38,728 bases of DNA from a virus (Duplodnaviria > Caudoviricetes). The stretch is from positions 1 through 38,728 of IMG/VR virus record IMGVR_UViG_3300033129_000671, one strand, 5' to 3'. Numbering within the stretch: the first letter of the stretch is position 1; the number at the start of each line of letters is the position of its first letter. This document shows, one piece after another, positions 17,515 to 24,592 of the stretch. The position numbers and the translations under genes were made by a program. Under the pieces are notes generated by a model. That model worked only from the letters and a program-made list of their open reading frames with translations. It was not told the DNA's origin and did not search any database.

Positions 17515-18009
17515 ATGCCTTCTACATTCAAACTTTCCACCGTCCTCCAGAACTCGTTTGCCGGCAGCGCGACTCGTGCGCCAATTGCGCATTCGATTCC
17601 GCCGATCAATGCTTCGCTGACCAATGCGTGGAGCATTGCGGCGGAGTTCACCGGCACAGCGAACAAGACGATCATTTTGTCTTCTGGCTCAATCCTTGTG
17701 GATAGTGTGGCGCAGGTTGATCCAATCACCCGTGCAACGATTGCGGTCTCGCAGATTAAAGGGTTTATCGTTTACGTTGCACGCGCGGTCGATATTACAG
17801 CGCCAACTGGCACACCCACGGTGACCTGTACTGGTTTCGGCAAGCTGACCAACACGGCAGTTGCGGTGCCAGAAGGTGGTGTGTTCTCTCTCCACCTTCC
17901 GACGACCTCCGCAGCCGGCGCGACCGACTCGCTGGTCATTGGTCTCTCTGGAACGACTGGCTACAAGGTCAGCGTTGTCGCTTACGGCACGGTCATTCCT
18001 CCAGTCTAA
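17515..18009 (+). CDS. Virion structural protein, paralogue of 16758..17510
   Basis: MPSTFKL..QNSF, DPITRATI, GFG..TNT, EGG.F, GTTG..V.V...G. Confidence 0.7.
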   Translation: MPSTFKLSTVLQNSFAGSATRAPIAHSIPPINASLTNAWSIAAEFTGTANKTIILSSGSILVDSVAQVDPITRATIAVSQIKGFIVYVARAVDITAPTGTPTVTCTGFGKLTNTAVAVPEGGVFSLHLPTTSAAGATDSLVIGLSGTTGYKVSVVAYGTVIPPV

Positions 18010-18013
18010 CACC

Positions 18014-18077
18014 TTGGCCGGGGCGGCCCACGCAATCCTTCGCTATTGCGGAGCAGGTTCAAGTCCTGCTGGCCAAG
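18014..18077 (+). ncRNA. tRNA-like element with canonical T-arm and acceptor stem but reduced D-arm and 8-nt anticodon-position loop
   Basis: TTGGCCG/TGGCCAA acceptor; CGCAAT-CCTTCGCT-ATTGCG stem-loop; GCAGG-TTCAAGT-CCTGC T-arm; no encoded CCA. Confidence 0.6.
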
Positions 18078-18106
18078 AACAAGGAGGTGGACGCCCAGAA
18101 CACCTC

Positions 18107-18394
18107 ATGAATCCCACACAACTCGAAGAGCTGGAAGAAAGGCTGCGACAGTTAAATGTCGTAGTAAAGGTTGGGCAAGGGCTGCTTGTCGGCGCATTTT
18201 GTTTAGGTGGTTGGGTCACTACGATTCAGATTAGCATTAACTTGCAAGAGCGGCATTTAAATGAGGTAAAGGCATCGCGTGCGATTGATCAGGCGGCTAT
18301 TCGCTCGCTGGAGCTGAAGGACTCGGCTGATACGCAACTGCTGCGGTCGATAGTGGAAAAGCTCGACAAAATTGACAGGAAGCTCAATCCGTAA
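18107..18394 (+). CDS. Single-TM coiled-coil membrane protein of the lysis cassette (holin/antiholin or i-spanin-like)
   Basis: VGQGLLVGAFCLGGWVTTIQI hydrophobic segment followed by a coiled coil ending IVEKLDKIDRKL. Confidence 0.6.
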   Translation: MNPTQLEELEERLRQLNVVVKVGQGLLVGAFCLGGWVTTIQISINLQERHLNEVKASRAIDQAAIRSLELKDSADTQLLRSIVEKLDKIDRKLNP

Positions 18395-18744
18395 TGCCTT
18401 CACCCGGACAACCTCCAGTGCACAAGAATGTGGCCAAACCATTCTGGACGAAGGCACCTGTCGCGGTTAAACGCAAGAAGCCAAACTTAATCAACCGCTC
18501 TGCCATGAACTACGCATCCAAGAAACTCCTTCCGTTTCTGTTGAACTGGAAGACGACGTTGGCCGGGCTGGCGCTTATTCTACATGGGTGCAGTGCCATC
18601 GTGCAGGCGCTCCTCGATGTCACTGAGGGCACGTCCCTCACGCTCGACAGTTTGCAGCTTGGCTTTGGCGAGATTATCGCAGGTGCTGGCCTGATCGCTG
18701 CACGCGATGCCAATAAATCCAGCCAAGACTCCAACGTGCGATGA
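18394..18744 (+). CDS. Holin-like protein (two hydrophobic segments); alternative start at 18505
   Basis: NWKTTLAGLALIL ... IIAGAGLIAARD pattern; TAATG overlap supports the 18394 start. Confidence 0.7.
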   Translation: MPSPGQPPVHKNVAKPFWTKAPVAVKRKKPNLINRSAMNYASKKLLPFLLNWKTTLAGLALILHGCSAIVQALLDVTEGTSLTLDSLQLGFGEIIAGAGLIAARDANKSSQDSNVR

Positions 18745-18905
18745 AACCTTTTCTCCTGCTTATCGCCTTGCTCGGCACCTCCTGCGTCAGCATCCAGAAG
18801 ATGCCGGACGACTCGCTATTCCCAGACAAGTCTGAAGACTGGCGGGACGGCTTCAAGTCTGGCATGATGGAGGGCTTGCTTTTGTCTGTTACTATTCCTT
18901 GGTGA
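18741..18905 (+). CDS. Small predicted lipoprotein (54 aa; o-spanin candidate), not in ORF track
   Basis: MKPFLLLIALLGTSC signal with Cys15; ATGA overlap with the holin stop. Confidence 0.6.
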   Translation: MKPFLLLIALLGTSCVSIQKMPDDSLFPDKSEDWRDGFKSGMMEGLLLSVTIPW

Positions 18906-18909
18906 CACT

Positions 18910-19218
18910 ATGAAATTCTTCGCATGGTTCAAAACTCTTTGGCATCGCGATGCGGTCGCTAAGGCTACTCAGACGGCGCAGCTTCTTGTGCAAGGGCTGA
19001 CGACGGATCAATTTCAGATCATCGTGGACAAGGTGGAACATGCCAGTCATCTACCGATCAGCGGCTACGATAAAGCCATGCGCGTGCGGGATGTGGTGAC
19101 CTCGCCGCATTTTGTGAACACGTACAAGCTCCCGCCATGGGTGCAGCAAGGTATCGACTTTGCCAGCGTGGTTGTGCAGCTCGCGTGGGTAGTGGCCAAA
19201 CTTACCAAGCGCATCTGA
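18910..19218 (+). CDS. Hypothetical lysis-region protein (102 aa)
   Basis: Amphipathic N-terminus and hydrophobic C-terminal FASVVVQLAWVVAKL. Confidence 0.6.
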   Translation: MKFFAWFKTLWHRDAVAKATQTAQLLVQGLTTDQFQIIVDKVEHASHLPISGYDKAMRVRDVVTSPHFVNTYKLPPWVQQGIDFASVVVQLAWVVAKLTKRI

Positions 19219-19319
19219 TGAGCACACTTAAAGGCGTTGGCCAACTACTCACGGCTTTGGCGCTGGTCGCGTTATGGCTAGTGTCGCTTTACTGGATGAT
19301 GAAATCATTCGCACCATGA
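19218..19319 (+). CDS. 33-aa single-TM peptide
   Basis: MSTLKGVGQLLTALALVALWLVSLYWMMKSFAP; TGATG overlap upstream and ATGA overlap downstream. Confidence 0.55.
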   Translation: MSTLKGVGQLLTALALVALWLVSLYWMMKSFAP

Positions 19320-19876
19320 CCCGTCGCGACATCCAACTGATGCAGGAAAAGATTGGCGTCACACCAGATGGCTTCTGGGGGCCGGTGTCGATCAAGGCGT
19401 GCCAAGAGCACCTGCGGAAGATGGCAGCGCAACCGAACCAGTGGCCAGCGCAAGATGAGGTTTCGCTGCAAAAGTTCTATGGATCGCCGGGAGATCCGAG
19501 TCAGCTCGTTCAACTGCCGGTTGCGGATCTCTGTTTGAAGTACGACGGCAAGAAGGTCAAGTCGATCACCTGCCACAAAAAGGTAGCTCGGTCACTTGGC
19601 CACATCCTCGAAGCGTTGTGCGAATGTTTTCCGCATATTGCGGCAGAATACGCCGGGTGTTACAATGACAGACTAATGCGGCACGGCACTCGTCCGTCGC
19701 TTCATGCGCGCGGCGCTGCGATTGACTTCTGGCCGCAGGTAAACGGCAATCGCACGCAATGGCCCGTTGTAGCGCAGATGCCTCTCGAAGTGATGGAGTT
19801 CTTCGCCGTTGGCGGCTGGCTCTCTGCGGGGGCTTTCTGGCTTCGCGATAGCATGCATTTTCAAGCGACAAAATGA
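19316..19876 (+). CDS. Endolysin: short peptidoglycan-binding motif plus M15 (VanY/Ply500-like) zinc peptidase
   Basis: IGVTPDGFWGP; YNDR...SLHARGAAID...DSMHFQ (H, D, H zinc ligands). Confidence 0.88.
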   Translation: MTRRDIQLMQEKIGVTPDGFWGPVSIKACQEHLRKMAAQPNQWPAQDEVSLQKFYGSPGDPSQLVQLPVADLCLKYDGKKVKSITCHKKVARSLGHILEALCECFPHIAAEYAGCYNDRLMRHGTRPSLHARGAAIDFWPQVNGNRTQWPVVAQMPLEVMEFFAVGGWLSAGAFWLRDSMHFQATK

Positions 19877-20535
19877 CTCGAACCATTTCAATCACTCCGA
19901 CGACCGACGATCTTGGACTTGCTCCGGTCTTCGCGACTACGCCGTTGATCATCACGGCTGCGATTCCTGCCTCTGGGCCAGCGATGGCATCGTATCGCAT
20001 GGAGCTGTGGAAGCGACCGTATGAGAGCGCTGTAGCCGGAGCGGCTCCTCTTGCTTCAACGTCTGGCGTAGTTGTCGGGTCGAACGTGACGTTTACGTTC
20101 AGCGCGGCGCAGATGGATCAAACTCTCAGCGATCAAATTAACTGCAACAATTTCTGGATCGTGATCGGCGGGCTTGATGTGAACGGCTTTCCGTATTCTT
20201 TGCGCGCCGGCAATCTGGAGCTAAAGCCATCTGCACTTTCACTGCAACCAGACACGTCGATCACGTTCTCAGTCGTCGATGAGGTGGCCTCCTACACGTT
20301 CAGCGGTCGCACCTATAGCTTCGACGTGATTGCTGGCGCGGCCACTACATCCAGCGCATTCCGCGTGATTGATGACGTGGCCAGTTTTGTTTATAACGGC
20401 ATTCTCTACAGCTTTGATTCGGCACTTGATCCGACATTCGGTCCGATTGACACGAGTGTCGTCGTTATTGACGACGTGCTGACTGTCACTGCCAACGGTC
20501 TCAGCTACTCTGTCCCAGCCGTCCTTTCCGCTTAA
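19873..20535 (+). CDS. Structural protein with three C-terminal ~20-aa repeats (fibre attachment/BppU-like)
   Basis: FSVVDEVASYTFSGRTYSFD / FRVIDDVASFVYNGILYSFD / VVVIDDVLTVTANGLSYSVP. Confidence 0.55.
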   Translation: MTRTISITPTTDDLGLAPVFATTPLIITAAIPASGPAMASYRMELWKRPYESAVAGAAPLASTSGVVVGSNVTFTFSAAQMDQTLSDQINCNNFWIVIGGLDVNGFPYSLRAGNLELKPSALSLQPDTSITFSVVDEVASYTFSGRTYSFDVIAGAATTSSAFRVIDDVASFVYNGILYSFDSALDPTFGPIDTSVVVIDDVLTVTANGLSYSVPAVLSA

Positions 20536-21729
20536 ATGAGCACTGTCACCACACCAACAAACGTCGCAATCGTTCAGCGCAATGCCTCCGGAGACAACGG
20601 TTGGATCAATGTGCTCGGCAGTGCAAACCCCAACAAGGCGTTGGGCTTCTCTTCGGTTGGCGTGGTGGCGCCTTTAAGTGTTCCATTGTTGGCGTCGGAA
20701 AACACTTTTTCCGTGTTGCAGCGGATTCAAACGACTGGATCGGAGCTGTTACGGCTCACTCGTGGAGGTGGATCAATTGATGGCGAAGGACAAGAAATCC
20801 GTTTCTTGGCTGGCGTATCAGGAGCGGCAGGTAGCGGATGTTTGTTCGCCCATTATTCGCTCGCATCATCCGTTTCTGTCGCTAGAAATTACCTTCGTCT
20901 TTATGATGACGGGTTAAGTGTAGACAATTCAGCAGCGTCTAAAATTCTCGACGTAAACACAACTACTGGCACACTTGGCGTAACGACTGAGCTACACAGC
21001 GAACGTGATTATGGGAAGCTCCACATCGGAGGAACATTCCAAACGTCTGCCACCAACAATGTGCGCGCGGTGCGAGTTGATGCCACCGCCACACTAGGCG
21101 CTGGGTATGCTTACGCTTGCTTTGATGCGGCAGGAATAACGGCTGGCAGTGCAAACATTGATCACATCGTCGGATTCCAGTCACGTCCAAAACATGAATG
21201 CACTGGCACTCTTAACACTTTGTACGGGGCTTACTGTCGGCTTGAGACATATGGTGGTTTGATTACCAATGCTTATGGTTCTTTTATTTCCGACACGATT
21301 GGAGGAGGATCTATTTCTAATCAAACCGGAATTTATATTGCTTCATTAACAAAAGCATCAAGCAACTTTGCCATTGTCACCGCCGGCACAACCCCGTCGT
21401 CATTCGGTGGCAACATCACCGCTCGTGCTTTTATTGGCACGGACGCAGCCATTGCGGCATCTGCTATCGACTGGGCGACTGGCGCGACGTTCTCGAAGAC
21501 GCTATCGGCGAGCACCACATTTACATTTGCCAACTCGCTGCCGGGCCAAGAGATCCGGGTTGCGATCACCAACACGGTTGCGAACTACACAGTCACATGG
21601 CCATCGTCGCCGACATTAAAATGGTCTGGTGGAGTTGCTCCAGTGCAGACGGTTGGCGCTAAGACTGACGTGTATACCTTCGTTAATATTGGCGGCGTGA
21701 TTTACGGATCAGTCGTTCAGAATTTCTAA
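20536..21729 (+). CDS. Tail fibre / receptor-binding-like protein (397 aa)
   Basis: Gly/Ser/Thr/Ala-rich beta repeats; C-terminal IDW..G..F.KTL....TFTF...VTWP...KWSGG..P.....KTDVYTF module common in phage fibres. Confidence 0.7.
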   Translation: MSTVTTPTNVAIVQRNASGDNGWINVLGSANPNKALGFSSVGVVAPLSVPLLASENTFSVLQRIQTTGSELLRLTRGGGSIDGEGQEIRFLAGVSGAAGSGCLFAHYSLASSVSVARNYLRLYDDGLSVDNSAASKILDVNTTTGTLGVTTELHSERDYGKLHIGGTFQTSATNNVRAVRVDATATLGAGYAYACFDAAGITAGSANIDHIVGFQSRPKHECTGTLNTLYGAYCRLETYGGLITNAYGSFISDTIGGGSISNQTGIYIASLTKASSNFAIVTAGTTPSSFGGNITARAFIGTDAAIAASAIDWATGATFSKTLSASTTFTFANSLPGQEIRVAITNTVANYTVTWPSSPTLKWSGGVAPVQTVGAKTDVYTFVNIGGVIYGSVVQNF

Positions 21730-21741
21730 TTTCATTAAGCC

Positions 21742-21975
21742 ATGGCCGTTCTACTCAATACCACCATCTCAGCCAACGCAACGTCAGCCGTCACGGTGGT
21801 GCCCAACACCATCGTCGGCATTGAGTGCAGCCAGCCGGTTTACGTGCTTGCCGCCAATGGCGCAATTGTCGCGGAGACGTTGCAAAAGGACGCGATCAAC
21901 ATCATCCCAACGGCGGCGAGCATTACGATCAAGGCGAAGGATGTTGCATCGCTGGTCACGGTCAATGGGCAATAA
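21742..21975 (+). CDS. Small beta-rich structural protein (77 aa)
   Basis: Val/Ala/Thr-rich ORF between fibre genes. Confidence 0.55.
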   Translation: MAVLLNTTISANATSAVTVVPNTIVGIECSQPVYVLAANGAIVAETLQKDAINIIPTAASITIKAKDVASLVTVNGQ

Positions 21976-21978
21976 ACA

Positions 21979-22059
21979 ATGCCTGTGGAGCTTCCAAAAG
22001 TCTTCCTGCCAGATGATCCACTGTTGATCCTCCTCCTTGCTACAGTGCTCAAGAAATGA
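21979..22059 (+). CDS. 26-aa micro-ORF similar to part of the next gene; not in ORF track
   Basis: MPVELPKVFLPDDPLLILLLATVLKK; ATGA overlap with 22056. Confidence 0.45.
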   Translation: MPVELPKVFLPDDPLLILLLATVLKK

Positions 22060-22265
22060 CATCGAACTTTGCATCATACATCGCCCCGGTTATCCCGGTG
22101 CAGATCCCGGTGGCTTACTCGCCCACGGATGAATTGTTGATGCTGATTGGTGCGGCGACGAGTGGGGGTGCTCCTCCCGTAGCCACTTACCACGTTGTCA
22201 TCGGACTTGATGCTAACGATCACGTGCTAGTGGACGGCACTGGCGACAAGGTAGTTTACGTTTAA
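22056..22265 (+). CDS. Hypothetical structural protein (69 aa)
   Basis: ORF directly upstream of a fibre gene. Confidence 0.55.
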   Translation: MTSNFASYIAPVIPVQIPVAYSPTDELLMLIGAATSGGAPPVATYHVVIGLDANDHVLVDGTGDKVVYV

Positions 22266-22270
22266 ATTTT

Positions 22271-23344
22271 ATGGCCAATCTCAATCTTTCCCAATTCGGC
22301 GAGAAGCTGTTTGTCGCTGATGCCGATCACACGTTTATATGGGACTCGGCGGTGTCGATAAGTAAGCGCGTGTCGCGGAACTCGTGGCTCAACTCCGGGA
22401 CGCTCACATCCGACGCACCCGTCACGATCAGCCAGACGTGGAATCAGATTGGTACGGCTTTTACCGCTTTAAAGGTCAATGCGGTTAGCACAGCAAGCGC
22501 GTCTGGATCTTTGCTTTTGGATTTGCAGGTGGGGGGAGTGAGTCAGTTTAGTGTCCAAAAAAATGGATCTATTAATGCGAATAGCACTTTAAACCTTAAC
22601 GGGACACTCGTGCAATCCTCGGGAAATGTTATTCCTGCTAATGCCCTAATTTTAAATTATTTTAATCAGGATGTTGTCCTTCTTCGCGATGCATCCAACA
22701 CCCTAGCCTTGCGGAATGGCGCGGCGGCGCAGACGTTTCGAGTGTACGGCGCGTATCCTGACACTGGAATCAACTACGCACGGTTGGCGTTGAGCTGCGA
22801 CACGTCCGGCAACGCGACGATCTCGACTCAGGCTTTGGGAACGTACACCGCTGGAGTTCTAGCGTTTAGTCCCGGCAATAGCGAAAGAATGCGCATCACC
22901 GCGGCAGGAAACGTCGGCATCGGGACGACGGCTCCTACTCAGCTTTTACACGTTGCAGGGAATCTTCCTTCTGGAACGACAAGGGCTCGAATTGAAAACT
23001 CTGGTAACTCTTTAATACAAGTACAATCAGGCGCTTCTAAAATCGCTAGTACAGCTTTTTCTAACGGAGTTGTATGGGAAGCAGGTTCTGATACAGATCA
23101 AAAGTTTAAAATTGCCGGGCCTAACGGGGATGTGGCGTTACTTTCGACAAACACACGTTTGACTATTGATTCCTCAGGAAACGTCGGCATCGGGACGACC
23201 TCGCCCACGTCGAAGTTGCAAGTGTCTGCTGGCGATGTCGAGGTGGATACCATCGCAAAAGGCGTTATTCTGAAATCGCCAGACGGCACTCGCTACCGTG
23301 TCACCGTTGCTAATGGTGGCACTCTTTCGGTCGCCGCAGTCTAA
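22271..23344 (+). CDS. Tail fibre protein with two GNVGIGTT.P repeats
   Basis: ERMRITAAGNVGIGTTAP and RLTIDSSGNVGIGTTSP; C-terminal ILKSPDGTRYRVTVANGG. Confidence 0.8.
   Translation: MANLNLSQFGEKLFVADADHTFIWDSAVSISKRVSRNSWLNSGTLTSDAPVTISQTWNQIGTAFTALKVNAVSTASASGSLLLDLQVGGVSQFSVQKNGSINANSTLNLNGTLVQSSGNVIPANALILNYFNQDVVLLRDASNTLALRNGAAAQTFRVYGAYPDTGINYARLALSCDTSGNATISTQALGTYTAGVLAFSPGNSERMRITAAGNVGIGTTAPTQLLHVAGNLPSGTTRARIENSGNSLIQVQSGASKIASTAFSNGVVWEAGSDTDQKFKIAGPNGDVALLSTNTRLTIDSSGNVGIGTTSPTSKLQVSAGDVEVDTIAKGVILKSPDGTRYRVTVANGGTLSVAAV
22905..23199. repeat. Exact 25-bp direct repeat CAGGAAACGTCGGCATCGGGACGAC (22905-22929 and 23175-23199)
   Basis: Identical copies 270 bp apart, in frame, flanking an AT-richer segment. 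Confidence 0.9.
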
Positions 23345-23356
23345 CCAAACAAACTC

Positions 23357-23695
23357 ATGGCCATCCAACCTGAAACCCCAATCGTCGTTCCCGCTGTCCC
23401 GGAAAAAACCTACACCGAGCAATGGGTCTATAACCTCGTCGTCCACGCGCCCACGCTGACGACCGGCAACGTGCGAATCGAACTGCTCCCCTACGATCCG
23501 ACAACGCAAGAGATCGGACCGGGCACGCTTAATCAGCCGGTCTACACCGACAAACTTTGGGAAGCTGTTGCGGCAGTGCCAGAGGTAGCCGTAGCATTCC
23601 AAGCCGTCATTGATTGCGTGGCTCCGCTACGGACGTGGATCGAAGCGCAAAATGCGCCTGTCCCGGAGCCCGAGCCCGTGACACCCGCCGAATGA
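23357..23695 (+). CDS. Hypothetical protein after fibre (possible fibre assembly partner)
   Basis: 112 aa acidic, Pro-rich ORF. Confidence 0.6.
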   Translation: MAIQPETPIVVPAVPEKTYTEQWVYNLVVHAPTLTTGNVRIELLPYDPTTQEIGPGTLNQPVYTDKLWEAVAAVPEVAVAFQAVIDCVAPLRTWIEAQNAPVPEPEPVTPAE

Positions 23696-23737
23696 TCATT
23701 TTCGTAACGCCACGAAAATGATCAGTTTAGCAGGCAC

Positions 23738-23765
23738 TTGACTCTCCCTCCCGCCCTCCTACAAT
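23738..23765 (+). promoter_or_regulatory. Sigma70-type promoter TTGACT-N16-TACAAT
   Basis: Near-consensus hexamers ending 9 nt upstream of ATG 23775. Confidence 0.65.
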
Positions 23766-23774
23766 GCGAGCGCA

Positions 23775-23972
23775 ATGAAACCAACCATCTCACTCGTTCT
23801 CACAGAATCCGAAGCCGTTGACCTGTCCGGGCTTATCGACATTGCCGTCAAGGCTGGCGGCATCAAAGTCGCTGGCGTCGCCTCCGGCATCCACCAGAAA
23901 CTCTTTGATGCGTGCGCGCCATTCCGCAAGGATGATGCCGCACCATTAGTTGATGCTGAGGTGGTCGGCTAG
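23775..23972 (+). CDS. Hypothetical protein (65 aa)
   Basis: Has its own promoter and a downstream terminator; LIDIAVKAGG motif. Confidence 0.65.
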   Translation: MKPTISLVLTESEAVDLSGLIDIAVKAGGIKVAGVASGIHQKLFDACAPFRKDDAAPLVDAEVVG

Positions 23973-24020
23973 ACTTGATCTTCCATTCGGAGGTCGGGGG
24001 GACCAGAACCGGGTGAAGTG

Positions 24021-24058
24021 ACCCGCATTCCTGTAAAAAAGGGGATGCGGGTTTTTTT
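24021..24058 (+). terminator. Intrinsic terminator at the end of the structural region
   Basis: ACCCGCATTCC...GGGATGCGGGT followed by a T run. Confidence 0.85.
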
Positions 24059-24078
24059 GTGGGATGTGATCTTTTTTG

Positions 24079-24116
24079 TTGACGGCGTATTCAAACCGTT
24101 TACAACTGATCACATG
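24079..24116 (+). promoter_or_regulatory. Early promoter TTGACG-N16-TACAAC-TGATCAC-ATG (probably leaderless)
   Basis: Shares TTTTTGTTG and TGATCACATG flanks with the 30357 promoter. Confidence 0.6.
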
Positions 24117-24254
24117 CAAGCGAACGACTCAACTATTACCATTCGCTGCACCAAGGAGCTGCGCGAGCGGCTAATGGCAGCAGCAAAGGAGGTCAACATG
24201 CCAGTGAGCGTTTTCCTGCGCATCGTCCTAACCCGCATCGTGAAACAACCATGA
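24114..24254 (+). CDS. Ribbon-helix-helix (Arc/CopG-like) DNA-binding protein
   Basis: TITIRCTKELRERLMAAAKEVNMPVSVFLR. Confidence 0.8.
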   Translation: MQANDSTITIRCTKELRERLMAAAKEVNMPVSVFLRIVLTRIVKQP

Positions 24255-24427
24255 AACCACAACCCAAATACGATTGGAAACACGTCTATGACGCCGCCGC
24301 ACGCCGGCAGCAGTTGCAGGAAGAGGAATACCAAAAAGGCGACGGACTCGGCGGCTGCCTTTGTATTCTCGTCGTCTCAGTCCTCGCCGTCATTGTTTAC
24401 ACAGCACTCTTTTTCGCATGGATTTAA
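24251..24427 (+). CDS. 58-aa single-TM membrane protein; not in ORF track
   Basis: MKPQPKYDWKH...GCLCILVVSVLAVIVYTALFFAWI; ATGA overlap. Confidence 0.6.
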   Translation: MKPQPKYDWKHVYDAAARRQQLQEEEYQKGDGLGGCLCILVVSVLAVIVYTALFFAWI

Positions 24428-24591
24428 AAACCATTCGCCGTAACTACCGCTACAAAGTGGTGGTGCTCACACCTGCCGGCAAGATCTTGACCAAGGAATA
24501 CCAAGCCACATCCGACGGCGATGCTCGTAAAAAGGCGCTTATGCCAATGGATCACGATTCTATTCTACTCATCCGCAAACTAGAAGATTAA
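24418..24591 (+). CDS. Hypothetical protein (57 aa), one copy of a small beta-beta-alpha-beta unit
   Basis: YKVVVLTPAGKILTKEYQATSDGDARKKA...ILLIRK. Confidence 0.55.
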   Translation: MDLKTIRRNYRYKVVVLTPAGKILTKEYQATSDGDARKKALMPMDHDSILLIRKLED

Positions 24592-24592
24592 T

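Noticed and set aside
18014-18077. Calling the element a canonical tRNA or an attP site
   Set aside because: No proper D-arm, 8-nt loop with no assignable anticodon, no CCA, and no integrase in the window
18372-18396. TTGACA before the holin ATG as a full member of the motif set
   Set aside because: Spacer is 16 nt rather than 14; kept only as a possible variant
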